64,000 nt of DNA from a virus (lineage: Duplodnaviria > Caudoviricetes). Under the pieces are notes generated by a model. That model was not told where the DNA came from. It did not search any database and saw only the letters and a program-made list of their open reading frames with translations. Location of the stretch: the IMG/VR virus record IMGVR_UViG_3300042282_000085; one strand, given 5' to 3'. Made by a program: the position numbers and the translations under genes. Of this stretch, positions 18,458 through 28,076 are shown piece after piece (position 1 is the stretch's first letter; every line of letters begins with the position of its first letter).

Positions 18458-19546
18458 ATGTACAGTGCAGATGTAGAATTTAACCGCTGTGTCGATGAGT
18501 TGACATGGTTAACCGATACTTTACCGGGCCTTGTAGAGTTGGGGGTAAAGGGCGATGCCGACTCTCCGGTAATACGTGCCGTGGAGACCAGCTTAGGGGT
18601 TGAGGGACTTAAAGATTGGTTGGAAGATGCAGCCGATGCGATTGTTGCCCTTCTGCGTCGATTGAAGGAGTGGTTTCTAAACCTAGTGAACCAAGCTTTT
18701 GGTCGGGCCTCCCGTAATGAACGTACGCAAAAGGCACAGGAAGCAGACCTCAATAAACGTGATGAAACGGTTACTGCAACGGCCACGACTGACAGTGGAG
18801 AAACGCAGGATATCGATGAGGTTCGTAAGATCATTGAGGGGATGGAAGCTGAGATTGATCTACTTAAAAAGGCACAAGAGCTTCAGTCAGAACTCATCAT
18901 AGAGATGACTAAAGACCTTAAATTGGCCATGGAGGATATCAAGCGCACGGGTCACCCGGTTGTACGGGATAAGGCTAAAGCACTTTTATCTGAGCGAATT
19001 GCGGCTACAATGGACCGTGACCTCTTACGGGGCAAGAAGCCTTATCGTACACAAAAACAAGCCAATGGGCTGGTAACCGAATTTATTATCCTTTACGGCA
19101 TGGGTAAGAAATATAAGGTTGCTGTGATCTCACGCGATGGTCCCTATCTTGTACGGTATGAGGAGAAATGGGTAGGTCGGGACATGGATCCCAAGTTACC
19201 AGAGCGGACTGGCTATGGTACCAATACGGTACTGGCCCTTAAACGCTGTAACAAGGCTATAGCACGCTACTTAAAGGCGGCGGAACGTGCCGGTGTGAAT
19301 GAGGATACTCGTCGCCAAATGGAAGCCCATACCAAAGTAGTGGAGGAGTTGACCGCGCGTTTTAAACAGTTAGCGAAGGATTATGAGCTAGACGGTGAAG
19401 TACGAACACAGTTTAACGCTAAACTGAACGATATCAGTACTAGAATTACCGGACTGGCTCAGCGGGCTGCCACCCATGTCGATGGCGATCAGAAAGCCAT
19501 TACTGAGATACTCAGTGCAATAGACGAGTTAGCTGAAGTATATTAA
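18458..19546 (+). CDS. Probable internal head (ejection) protein with an N-terminal propeptide
   Basis: LGVE-GLKDWLEDAADAIVALLRRLKEWF resembles phiKZ head-protein families cut at S/A/G-x-E; rich in coiled coil. Confidence 0.6.
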   Translation: MYSADVEFNRCVDELTWLTDTLPGLVELGVKGDADSPVIRAVETSLGVEGLKDWLEDAADAIVALLRRLKEWFLNLVNQAFGRASRNERTQKAQEADLNKRDETVTATATTDSGETQDIDEVRKIIEGMEAEIDLLKKAQELQSELIIEMTKDLKLAMEDIKRTGHPVVRDKAKALLSERIAATMDRDLLRGKKPYRTQKQANGLVTEFIILYGMGKKYKVAVISRDGPYLVRYEEKWVGRDMDPKLPERTGYGTNTVLALKRCNKAIARYLKAAERAGVNEDTRRQMEAHTKVVEELTARFKQLAKDYELDGEVRTQFNAKLNDISTRITGLAQRAATHVDGDQKAITEILSAIDELAEVY

Positions 19547-19550
19547 AGCC

Positions 19551-19578
19551 CACACTCCCTCCGATCGGAGGGAGTGTG
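19551..19578. terminator. Bidirectional terminator hairpin
   Basis: CACACTCCCTCCG/CGGAGGGAGTGTG inverted repeat between convergent genes. Confidence 0.8.
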
Positions 19579-19581
19579 TCT

Positions 19582-19980
19582 TTATGCTGTAAACAACGTA
19601 ACGGTACGCACGGCATAGTCTAACCCTGCCCGACTAACGAGTCCCGGATAATAAACAGGTGTATGCCAATTAACCGAGGTCGTGTCAGTAGGCCACTCGA
19701 CAACGTAATGGCTTGTACGACCACTGGGGTAAATGTATTTCGTAATACGCTTAGGGGCATGGCGGGTACCCGGTGGCTCTCCCCTACGCGCTGCCTTCTC
19801 CATCATGATCAGCCTACGGTTCACCCAGACGTGTTTACGTATAGCCTGTCTCCGGTACCGCCTAACATAGTAGGTGACTATTACGGCATTCAGTTGAAAC
19901 CGATGCCGTAGTAAGAACACCCCATCCGCTAGGAGGTACCGAAGGGCAAGGATGAGGCGATTAAAAATCAAAGCCATCAT
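19582..19980 (-). CDS. Hypothetical basic protein
   Basis: 132-aa ORF overlapping the end of nrdB. Confidence 0.45.
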   Translation of the reverse strand: MMALIFNRLILALRYLLADGVFLLRHRFQLNAVIVTYYVRRYRRQAIRKHVWVNRRLIMMEKAARRGEPPGTRHAPKRITKYIYPSGRTSHYVVEWPTDTTSVNWHTPVYYPGLVSRAGLDYAVRTVTLFTA

Positions 19981-21202
19981 CGAAGTTACCGAGACTATCG
20001 ACGTCTACACTGCTGTCGATTTGACCAACCAGATAAGACGACAGTTCTGTTTCCTGTGGGGCGGGCTGTACCGCATCAGAGGTTACCCAACTGCGCATCC
20101 AGGGTAGGGGGTTTGACTTCAGTTGCCCTACGATAGGTCCCCAGCCCAGGGTATCTGATGCCTCATCAGTAACCCACTCCAGGTACTCATTCAGGATACG
20201 GGCATTAAGGCCTATCATGCTACCATCTTTAAAGAGGTACTCGATCCATTCAGACTCCTGATCCTTACAGTCCACCAGAATCTGTTTAAACTCATCATGA
20301 TGGGTTTTAAAGATTTCCTGCATCACAGGGTCATTTTCACGTGACCCAACCAGCAGGCTCAAGATATGTTTGGTACCTGTCTTATGCAAGAGCTCGTCCC
20401 TGCATATGAAACGTACAATCTTAGCGTTACCTTCCATGATACCGCGTTCGGCAAACGCGAAGGTGCAGGCAAAGGACACGTAGAAACGAATCGCTTCCAG
20501 TGCGTAGACAGATACCATCGTACGCGCCAAGCGATACTTCATGTTGTATTCGCTGCAATCGTAGGTAATTCCGTTGACCGTGTGCTGTCCAAAGTGCCCA
20601 ATCACCGAGTAAACATTCGTCAGCTCAATAAAGGCATCGTATTCCTCTGTTACCGCCGATGCACGCTTGATGATTTCAGGCGTCAGCATAATCTCATCGA
20701 GGATGGCAGAGGGATCATTAAATACATTACGCATGATGTGCGTGTAGGAGCGAGAATGTATGGCTTCTGAGAAGGTCCAGTTTTCGATCCAGTTCTCTAG
20801 CTCGGGAAGCGAAACGATCGGCAGGAACGCAATGGTTGGGGAACGGCCCTGAACCGAATCCAGTAACGTCTGGTACTTCAAGTTCGAGATGAAAATGTGT
20901 TGTTCGTGTGGCGACATGTCGTTGAAGTCTTTCTTGTCCTGCGTCAGTTCGACTTCTTCTGGACGCCAGAAATAGGAAAGCTGTTTTTCCGACAACTTCT
21001 CGAAGATGGAGTATTTTTGTTGATCATACCGTGCAACATTAACGTTCTCACCAAAGAACATCGGCTGCACCGTGGCATCTACCGCCTTCTTATTGAAGGT
21101 TGTAAACGGCTTATGGGTAACCGGTGCAGGTTTTACACTATCGTCCAGAAACGCAACGTGGTCTTCTACATAGGCAGGCATTGGGATAGATTTACTATTC
21201 AT
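19961..21202 (-). CDS. nrdB: Ribonucleotide reductase class Ia beta subunit
   Basis: FWRPEEV, QTLLDSVQGR, EAIHSRSY, EAIRFYVSF, RDELLH and APQETELSSY motifs. Confidence 0.97.
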   Translation of the reverse strand: MNSKSIPMPAYVEDHVAFLDDSVKPAPVTHKPFTTFNKKAVDATVQPMFFGENVNVARYDQQKYSIFEKLSEKQLSYFWRPEEVELTQDKKDFNDMSPHEQHIFISNLKYQTLLDSVQGRSPTIAFLPIVSLPELENWIENWTFSEAIHSRSYTHIMRNVFNDPSAILDEIMLTPEIIKRASAVTEEYDAFIELTNVYSVIGHFGQHTVNGITYDCSEYNMKYRLARTMVSVYALEAIRFYVSFACTFAFAERGIMEGNAKIVRFICRDELLHKTGTKHILSLLVGSRENDPVMQEIFKTHHDEFKQILVDCKDQESEWIEYLFKDGSMIGLNARILNEYLEWVTDEASDTLGWGPIVGQLKSNPLPWMRSWVTSDAVQPAPQETELSSYLVGQIDSSVDVDSLGNFDDGFDF

Positions 21203-21247
21203 TTTACATCCTTTAAACGTAGGGGAGGATACCCTCCCCGGTTTACA

Positions 21248-23512
21248 TTAAAGCTTACAGGCACCACCTTCACAACCATCATCCATCTTCGCAATGGCAT
21301 CCGCGTCGTTACCGTCACGCGTATTATGGTAATAAAGGGTCTTGATACCAATGTGGTGAGCGTACACCATTTCCTTCAGTACCGTTTGAATGGGCACCTT
21401 GCCATTAGGATAACGAGCCGGGTCATGGTTGGTGTTAGCAGAGATTGCCTGATCGACAAATTTCTGCATGATGGCCACTAGGTTCAGATAACCCCGGTTA
21501 GACTTAATGTCCCAGACGCACTCATACACGTCCTTCAGGTTCTCATAGTCGGCTACGACCTGTGCCATAATCGCGTCTTTATTGGTCTTGTACATGACCA
21601 GACCACGCGGTGGCTCAATGCCGTTAATGGAGTTGGTAACCGCTGACGAGGTTTCACAGGGCATGATCGCGGTGACTGTCGAGTTACGTAAGCCATGTGC
21701 AAGAATGTCCTTACGCAGCCCCTCCCAGTCACACAGGTATTCGAAGGTACCCAGCTTATCGACATTCTTGCAGTAGCGGTCGATCGGAAGTACACCCTGG
21801 CTATAGGTAGTTTCATTAAACTTAGGACAGGGGCCAAATTCCTGTGCTAGTTTATTCGAGGCCTTGAGTAGCCAGTACTGCATTGCCTCGAACAAATTGT
21901 GCGTAACCTCTAACCCGCTATCGTCACTGTAGCGTGCTCCGTGTTTAGCCAGGTAAGTTGCAAAGCCAGTTACCCCGACACCTAGGGCACGACGATCCAG
22001 TCCACCACGCTGTCCAGCTGGTACTGGGTAATTCTGGTAATCCAGCAAGGCATCTAGCAAACGAATAATGAGCTCTGATAGCTCTTCCAGTTCATCCAGG
22101 TTTTCGAGTGCCCCTACGTTGAATGCAGCCAAGGTACAGAGTGCAATCTCGCCTTGATCGCCGTTGACGTCATTCATTGGTTCTGTGGGCAAACAGACCT
22201 CTAGGCAGAGGTTCGAGAGGTAGATTGCAGCGACTTTAGGATCGAAGGGACCATTGTTTACGTGATCGACGTTCATCACATAAATGCGGCCCGTAGCCGC
22301 ACGTTCCATCCCCACTAAACCGAATAGATCAACCGCCTTTACGGTCTTCTTACGTACAGAAGGATCAGCCTCGTACTTTTCATAAAGCTCTGCAAAGCGT
22401 ACTTGGTCTTGGAAGAAGGCATCATAGAGACCCGGTACGTCAGAGGGACTGAAGAGTGTAACGTTCCCACCTGTTTTTAGACGGGTATAGAGGAAGTCAT
22501 TAAACTGTACTCCGTAATCCAAACCTCGACAGCGACTTTCTTCAGTACCTTTATTGTTCTTCAGTACCACCAAGTCTTCCACTTCATAGTGCCAGAGTGG
22601 GAAGAAGAGTGTGGCAGAGCCATCCCGCACAGCCCCCTGCGAGCACGACTTAACGGCACTGTGGAAATGTTTAATAAAGGGAATGAGCCCTGTGTGTTCT
22701 GCTTCCCCATTACGGATGGAGGACCCTTTTGCACGAATACGGCCTGCATTGATACCGATGCCGGAGCGTTGGGAAATATATTTTACGATCGCTGAAGCAG
22801 TCGCGTTAATAGAATCCAGGGAATCCCCACTGTCCACTTTCACACAGGAGCTAAACTGACGGGTAGGGGTACGGGCTCCAGCCATGATGGGTGTAGGTAG
22901 AGAAAGCTTACCATTAGACAGTGCCGTGTAGAAACGCTTAACCAAATCCAACCGCTGTTCTTTAGGGTACCCCGAGTACAGGGCCATGGGGATAAGAATG
23001 AACGCTTGCTGGGGACTTTCGAATAGCTGACCCGTTACACGGTTCTGTAAAAGGTATTTCTTCTGTAGCTGACGGGCTGCAATATACGCAAGGTCCAGAT
23101 CCTTAGTGTGATCCAGTACGGAGTTTAGCTCCTGGTACTCTTCCCAGCTATAGGTGTTGAGTAGATCTGGGTCATAGCGACCGGCTTCAACCTGGGCCTT
23201 CACATGGTCATACAGATGTGGCGGTTCAAACTGACCAAAGGCGCGTTTACGCATCTGGAAAATCAGGAGACGGCCAGCGGCATATTGCGTATCAGGATAT
23301 TCTTCTGAGATTAAACCGGCGGCTGCGTTAATAAGTTCTTCGTGCAGTGCATCGGAGGTAATGCCATCATAGATACTTCGGCTGGCGGACATAAGAATCT
23401 GTGACGGATACGCGGTTTTCAGTCCTTCACAGGCCCACTGGACGGGCTTATTGACTTTATCCGCTTGGTAACTTTCCAATCGGCCATCACGCTTGAGTAT
23501 TTTAATATCCAT
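21248..23512 (-). CDS. nrdA: Ribonucleotide reductase class Ia alpha subunit with ATP cone
   Basis: ILKRDG ATP cone, PTPIMAGARTPTRQFSSC, SNLCLE and C-terminal CEGGACKL. Confidence 0.97.
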   Translation of the reverse strand: MDIKILKRDGRLESYQADKVNKPVQWACEGLKTAYPSQILMSASRSIYDGITSDALHEELINAAAGLISEEYPDTQYAAGRLLIFQMRKRAFGQFEPPHLYDHVKAQVEAGRYDPDLLNTYSWEEYQELNSVLDHTKDLDLAYIAARQLQKKYLLQNRVTGQLFESPQQAFILIPMALYSGYPKEQRLDLVKRFYTALSNGKLSLPTPIMAGARTPTRQFSSCVKVDSGDSLDSINATASAIVKYISQRSGIGINAGRIRAKGSSIRNGEAEHTGLIPFIKHFHSAVKSCSQGAVRDGSATLFFPLWHYEVEDLVVLKNNKGTEESRCRGLDYGVQFNDFLYTRLKTGGNVTLFSPSDVPGLYDAFFQDQVRFAELYEKYEADPSVRKKTVKAVDLFGLVGMERAATGRIYVMNVDHVNNGPFDPKVAAIYLSNLCLEVCLPTEPMNDVNGDQGEIALCTLAAFNVGALENLDELEELSELIIRLLDALLDYQNYPVPAGQRGGLDRRALGVGVTGFATYLAKHGARYSDDSGLEVTHNLFEAMQYWLLKASNKLAQEFGPCPKFNETTYSQGVLPIDRYCKNVDKLGTFEYLCDWEGLRKDILAHGLRNSTVTAIMPCETSSAVTNSINGIEPPRGLVMYKTNKDAIMAQVVADYENLKDVYECVWDIKSNRGYLNLVAIMQKFVDQAISANTNHDPARYPNGKVPIQTVLKEMVYAHHIGIKTLYYHNTRDGNDADAIAKMDDGCEGGACKL

Positions 23513-23690
23513 CTATACAACCTTAATGGTGGTCAGGTGAGAGCAATAAGGACCTCTATAGCCAAACGCTATAGAGGCTCCTAATGAAAGGGGGTGTGGG
23601 AATCGTTTTGGTCTTCCCTATGACACATGATTCTGTCTGGAACTTCCTCGTACAGGATCGGGGTCTAGGATAAAAGAAAAAATAAAGGAA

Positions 23691-23720
23691 TACTACCCCA
23701 GCCCGAAGGCTGGGGTAGTA
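23691..23720 (-). terminator. Intrinsic terminator hairpin
   Basis: TACTACCCCAGCC-cgaa-GGCTGGGGTAGTA with a T-rich tail on the minus strand. Confidence 0.8.
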
Positions 23721-23724
23721 GGAG

Positions 23725-24267
23725 TTACAGTGCGGCAACCTTTGGGGTTACTCGAACGTGATATCCATCTTCGAATTGACCCTTGCATTCGATGCCGGGG
23801 GTACCTTCGATTAGTTCCCAAGCTTCTTTAGACAACAACCCTTCTTTCTCCTCGAAGATATAGTCCAGCGCCAACAATCGCTGGGTGTCCCTCCAGCCTT
23901 CGTCTTCGGGAGACATGTCGACCAAGGCCTCAATCCCCAGTGTCTTAAAGACACGTCGTTTACTACGCTCAACCCACTCCTCAGGTGGTGGCCTGAAACC
24001 TTGTCTAGAAGCACTGTCACACCTTTCCTGACGAGTCGCCAGTAATAAATGCAATGGGTACATGTGACCATTACCTAGATGTACAGCGCCCCTTGGCACT
24101 ACCGCCTTTTGATATAGGCGAGAGCGACTGGGTTTAATATTGAGAATATCCTCGATAAGGGTAGACAAGACAAAAGGCGTATTGTCTTGCTCACCTAACA
24201 GGATCTCATATCGATCGTTAACGTCCTCACGATAATAGAGGACACCGTCTTTTTCAGGATACAGCAT
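23725..24267 (-). CDS. Hypothetical protein
   Basis: 180-aa ORF with an AAGGAGG RBS. Confidence 0.6.
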   Translation of the reverse strand: MLYPEKDGVLYYREDVNDRYEILLGEQDNTPFVLSTLIEDILNIKPSRSRLYQKAVVPRGAVHLGNGHMYPLHLLLATRQERCDSASRQGFRPPPEEWVERSKRRVFKTLGIEALVDMSPEDEGWRDTQRLLALDYIFEEKEGLLSKEAWELIEGTPGIECKGQFEDGYHVRVTPKVAAL

Positions 24268-24279
24268 GATACGTCCTCC

Positions 24280-24735
24280 TTATTTAATGTCTTTGAGGAA
24301 GGTATGGTCCTGATACGTCAGAACCACTTTCTTTGGATCATACCAAGACATATCTTTAGCGGTCTTGGTATTCAGGTAGTGCAAAGTGTTGCGCGGAAGC
24401 ATGCGCTCAGGATTCTCATACAGGTAGGTATAAGCTACCTGCGCAGCGGCACGCTCCTCTTCAAGCGTATAATTACGACGCTTCTCAGCTGGTGTCGAGG
24501 TCCAGCTAAACTGTTTATAGTCATGGACTATGGTGCAGCTGGTATCCTTATACCGGTAACCGGCTTCCAGACGGTTAAGGGCAACCTCAGTAGCCAGGGC
24601 CATGCCCTTAGGGCCCTGATCAGCCGCCTCGTATATGGCGTTCTCGATCAGGCACTTCTGTTCCAGAGACACACGTGCGTCTGTGTGTCCGGCCATCAGT
24701 TCAACGACAAGGGCCATCTCCATTAATGGAATCAT
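24280..24735 (-). CDS. Cell wall hydrolase, SleB/Hydrolase_2 family
   Basis: CLIENAIYEA...VALNR...QFSW...HTF motifs. Confidence 0.85.
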   Translation of the reverse strand: MIPLMEMALVVELMAGHTDARVSLEQKCLIENAIYEAADQGPKGMALATEVALNRLEAGYRYKDTSCTIVHDYKQFSWTSTPAEKRRNYTLEEERAAAQVAYTYLYENPERMLPRNTLHYLNTKTAKDMSWYDPKKVVLTYQDHTFLKDIK

Positions 24736-24771
24736 AGTGTCCTCCTTAGGACTCGGTATCTGTATTAACTG

Positions 24772-25116
24772 TTAGTTGTTTACGTGCTTACGGATACGCG
24801 CTTTAACGTCATCCAACGACCCGTACTCACCATTCTCTTCAATAAATGGTTTAATAATCGCCAGTGAATCTTTACGCACCTTGACGATCAACTTACGTTG
24901 GGTCAAATTATTGACGATCTCGGTCAAGAAGGCGCTGCGCAGGCGCTCTCGGCCCATCATGTCTTTAAGCTCTGAAAAGCTGAGATTCAAGGTGGGGGAT
25001 AAGTCGGTCAGGGCATGTCGGTTATCAGTCTGTAAGTTGCGTTTACCAATCGCTTGCAGAATGGTAAGTTGTTCTTCAATATCAGCCAATACGGCCAATT
25101 CCATTTTCTTCATCAT
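24772..25116 (-). CDS. Hypothetical protein
   Basis: 114-aa ORF with an AAGGAG RBS. Confidence 0.6.
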   Translation of the reverse strand: MMKKMELAVLADIEEQLTILQAIGKRNLQTDNRHALTDLSPTLNLSFSELKDMMGRERLRSAFLTEIVNNLTQRKLIVKVRKDSLAIIKPFIEENGEYGSLDDVKARIRKHVNN

Positions 25117-25125
25117 CTTATCTCC

Positions 25126-25749
25126 TTAGGCCTTACCGGCCCACTCTATCTTACGCGCCAACAGCATGTTTTTGCCATGCTCTTTGTCATAGCAGTTTTT
25201 ACCTTCGAACAGACGCACGAAAGCCTCTTCGGCAGCATCGTCAATCTCAACCTCGTCAGACGGGATGGCGACCCACCCATAGGAGCATAGGTTGACGTTA
25301 TCCCCATCTTTTACAAACTGGTCCACCATAGGTGTTAAGTGGTGGTCAATGTCTTTGGACGTCCCATAGAGGGGCTCGAACAGAGCCGAACTGTACTGGG
25401 TAACTCCGGTAGGCTTATCCTTATAAAAGACAGCACACCAGAACTGCCAGTTCCGGGGGTAGGTCTTATAGTGATTAAGGACGAACTGGATAGCTTCCGC
25501 TCGCTTTTGAGTACCATTTACATAATTGCCAATGGCCTCACACCCATACACCTCTACGCGTTGGGTAAGTAACCCCCCTACAATAAGAACCTTACGGGCC
25601 ATGTTGTTGACCAGCGACTTCTGGAACGCCGTTAACTGCTTACCTTTGATAGTAGTAAGCTTGACGTTGTGTTTCTTTGCCATCAGTGGTGTACCCCCAC
25701 TTGACGGAGGGAAAGGGCACGGTTTATTTCCTTGACTCGGGCAAGCCAA
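25126..25749 (-). CDS. Hypothetical protein (start may be MAKKH at 25683)
   Basis: WQFWCAVF...SYGWVAIP; operon context. Confidence 0.6.
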   Translation of the reverse strand: MACPSQGNKPCPFPPSSGGTPLMAKKHNVKLTTIKGKQLTAFQKSLVNNMARKVLIVGGLLTQRVEVYGCEAIGNYVNGTQKRAEAIQFVLNHYKTYPRNWQFWCAVFYKDKPTGVTQYSSALFEPLYGTSKDIDHHLTPMVDQFVKDGDNVNLCSYGWVAIPSDEVEIDDAAEEAFVRLFEGKNCYDKEHGKNMLLARKIEWAGKA

Positions 25750-25907
25750 GGTTCCAGATCAACCTCAGCCTTTATGAGATCGTGTCCCTCCTTAAGGAGG
25801 GACGCCACAAGGGAATCCTCATCACTGAGGTGGCGGCGGTCACCTACCATTAGCTCGAGGGAGCGAATAGCCTGTGCGACATCGAAGGCGGGTGATTGAA
25901 TGTTCAT
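25683..25907 (-). CDS. Small hypothetical early protein
   Basis: AAGGAG RBS directly downstream of the promoter variant at 25944. Confidence 0.6.
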   Translation of the reverse strand: MNIQSPAFDVAQAIRSLELMVGDRRHLSDEDSLVASLLKEGHDLIKAEVDLEPWLARVKEINRALSLRQVGVHH

Positions 25908-25943
25908 GGTAGTCTCCTTAGACTGTTGGGTGTATTCATTAAG

Positions 25944-25953
25944 GTGATATAGG
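25944..25953 (-). promoter_or_regulatory. Early promoter variant CCTATATCAC
   Basis: One mismatch to the recurring motif; intergenic, AT-rich upstream. Confidence 0.6.
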
Positions 25954-25980
25954 TGTAAAATTGAAATGAAAGCATAAATT

Positions 25981-26004
25981 CCATTACCCCATAGTGGGTA
26001 ATGG
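25981..26004 (-). terminator. Terminator hairpin after the DGR RT gene
   Basis: CCATTACCC-catagt-GGGTAATGG followed by AATTTATGC on the minus strand. Confidence 0.7.
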
Positions 26005-27138
26005 CTATATTTTTATTAAACGGGTGTAGTTTGAATCGGTGGTAAGGATGCCGGGTATGCAATGTCTGTCCGCTAAACGTCTGCGGTTATTAAAGGAAGC
26101 GGTGTGTACCATATGCCCTAAGTAACTATTAATAGTAGACTGTATCCGATCACACTCTGTCCAAAAATCACTATAGTCGGCTACAATTGCACTAGCGGTA
26201 GCTAACGTACTGTTGCGTGTATATCGACGCCACGGCTTATGTACGTAACCTACAAAATTAATGCCCTGTGAGGCAGGCGCGATAGTACACTTATCCGGAT
26301 GTACGGTTAGCTCAAGGTGTTGCTTCAGGTATTGGATAATGGCACCCATCCATTCCTCCAACGCCAAGCGGTCGGTTGAGAAAATAACCGCATCGTCTAC
26401 ATAACGAACATACGCCTTTACACCTAAAACATGTTTTACAAATTTATCAAAGTCATCTAGATACACGTTACTTGCAACTTGACTCAACAGATTTCCGATC
26501 GGTAACCCATAGTTATACGGTACGTTCCAAAGTGACTTGTGCTTAGGTACGAGCTCAAACTGGCTATTCGGTTTTATAATCGGATTTACCGTAGGGTCGT
26601 TCCACAGTACCCGGTAAAGTAGATTAGATGTGAGGGACGATGAAGGTTCACCCACATGTCGTTCAAACTTATCCCACAGTATGTACTTGTTTATAGATAC
26701 GAAAAAGTTCTTTATATCGAACTGTAGAACGAAGCAGTCAGTTGCGTAATTTCGGGTTACCCTGCGATGCAGCGCGGTGACCCTATTCGAGGCGGCGAGC
26801 GTACCCCTACCCTTAATACAGCTGTAGGTATCCTCAATAAAGCGCTCCTCTAAGTATCGGCCAATATCGGCGTAAATAAGGTGATGAACGATACGATCCC
26901 TAAACTGCGCCGCCCATATCTCCCGGGGCTTAGGGTGTGTGACCACAAAGACCTCGGATCGACCTATCTCATAATTGCCGTTGTTCACCTCGTCTAATAG
27001 AGTTAAAAGATTGTCCTCGAACCTTAACTCAAATTCAAGGGCTGAACGCTTGTTGCGCTTCAAACGCCTACAGTCTAGATAGGCATAAAGTATATCTTCG
27101 TACGTGTACCGGTCCCGAAGGACTATCGGTGTAGACAC
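26005..27138 (-). CDS. DGR reverse transcriptase
   Basis: 377 aa; KPREIWAAQFRDRIVHH, DIKNFF, GLPIGNLLSQ (the SQ signature of DGR RTs), YVRYVDD and GINFVGY. No maturase or endonuclease domain. Confidence 0.96.
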   Translation of the reverse strand: MSTPIVLRDRYTYEDILYAYLDCRRLKRNKRSALEFELRFEDNLLTLLDEVNNGNYEIGRSEVFVVTHPKPREIWAAQFRDRIVHHLIYADIGRYLEERFIEDTYSCIKGRGTLAASNRVTALHRRVTRNYATDCFVLQFDIKNFFVSINKYILWDKFERHVGEPSSSLTSNLLYRVLWNDPTVNPIIKPNSQFELVPKHKSLWNVPYNYGLPIGNLLSQVASNVYLDDFDKFVKHVLGVKAYVRYVDDAVIFSTDRLALEEWMGAIIQYLKQHLELTVHPDKCTIAPASQGINFVGYVHKPWRRYTRNSTLATASAIVADYSDFWTECDRIQSTINSYLGHMVHTASFNNRRRLADRHCIPGILTTDSNYTRLIKI

Positions 27139-27146
27139 TTGCTTTA

Positions 27147-27271
27147 TCTCCGGAAAGGCACTACCCAGTTACTGTTGTTCTTGTTGTTGTTGTTCCAATT
27201 CCCATTGCCAAAGTTCAGGTTCCAGGCGTTGTTGGAATTGTTCTCGGTAGAGGACCAGACGTTCGTCGTGG
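27147..27271 (-). ncRNA. DGR template repeat (TR), 125 bp
   Basis: Aligns without gaps to 28075-28199 with 13 mismatches, all A in the TR sense strand; 16 AAY codons in the VR frame. Confidence 0.97.
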
Positions 27272-27430
27272 TGTTAGACCATAGACTCGAATCACACCGA
27301 CATGTCGCCACCTCGGTTAGACGCTTTTAGCATTTTACCTCATGGGTGCTATGGTCCGAGATAATGGACGTCTACGCCGACCTTGGTCTAAGCGCACTCT
27401 GTCTGTGTCCCCGATAGCCCATTCGTATGT

Positions 27431-27871
27431 TTAAATTCTAGCGTCGGTTACAATTGCACCAACCCACTGTTTTTGTTGAACAGTACTTGCAACGAGTCTT
27501 TGAACCTGCTTGCCAAAGCCTATCTGCCCGCGCTCTCCAGTAGAGACCGCACGCACATCATAGGCGATACGGTAGGATAAGAGCAGTGCTTGGATGTGGT
27601 GGTTAATATCCTTTACTAGCTGCAGCTTTCTATTTCTATCGTTAACCTCCTCATACGCTAAAAAGATTGAAAGAGTCAGACTGGTAGCCTGATCGATTAA
27701 CTTTGTACCTAAGGTAAATTTATACTGCTTAGGCATTCGCGATACTAAAATGTGAGTGTCCTTTAATATGCTCCTTGCTAGCTGATATAGTTTTGTACGC
27801 TCGTGTGGTTGAATTTGATGCTCTAGATTTGTCATACAGAATACAGTGGTCCGGTAAATAAAAAAAAACAC
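27431..27871 (-). CDS. avd: Accessory variability determinant (Avd, four-helix bundle); start probably MTNLE at 27835
   Basis: Small basic helical protein with the pattern LYQLA...RMPKQYKFTLGTKL...KQWV, located between target and TR. Confidence 0.88.
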   Translation of the reverse strand: MFFFIYRTTVFCMTNLEHQIQPHERTKLYQLARSILKDTHILVSRMPKQYKFTLGTKLIDQATSLTLSIFLAYEEVNDRNRKLQLVKDINHHIQALLLSYRIAYDVRAVSTGERGQIGFGKQVQRLVASTVQQKQWVGAIVTDARI

Positions 27872-27900
27872 CCTATAACCGCGCGTGTGCGGTTATAGGG
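27871..27900 (-). terminator. Terminator between the DGR target gene and avd
   Basis: CCCTATAACCGC/GCGGTTATAGGG stem followed by TGTTTTTTTT on the minus strand. Confidence 0.75.
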
Positions 27901-28052
27901 TATATACAATTTTGGACCCAGTCCCTACAAAGGGCCTGGGTAGCCTGTAGGGCTTTTAAATGTATTCAAAGTAGTAAGGGCAGCCCTACAAAGGGCAAGC
28001 CCTAAAAGCAGTGTCCTTTAAAGGACACTCACAGGGACAGAGTATTAAAAGT

Positions 28053-28076
28053 GAATACCCGTTTAAACGGGTATTC
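28053..28076. repeat. Perfect 24-bp palindrome at the VR 3' end (candidate DGR targeting hairpin/cruciform)
   Basis: GAATACCCGTTTAAACGGGTATTC spans the target stop codon and is absent after TR. Confidence 0.8.

Noticed and set aside
26005-27138. RT as a retron, group II intron or Abi-type RT
   Set aside because: It has the DGR SQ motif, lacks maturase/endonuclease domains and the retron VTG motif, and sits with avd and an adenine-specific TR/VR pair.
27175-27194. (TTG)n run as a microsatellite or CRISPR-like repeat
   Set aside because: It is the AAC-codon block of the DGR TR. I saw no repeat-spacer array or cas gene in the window.
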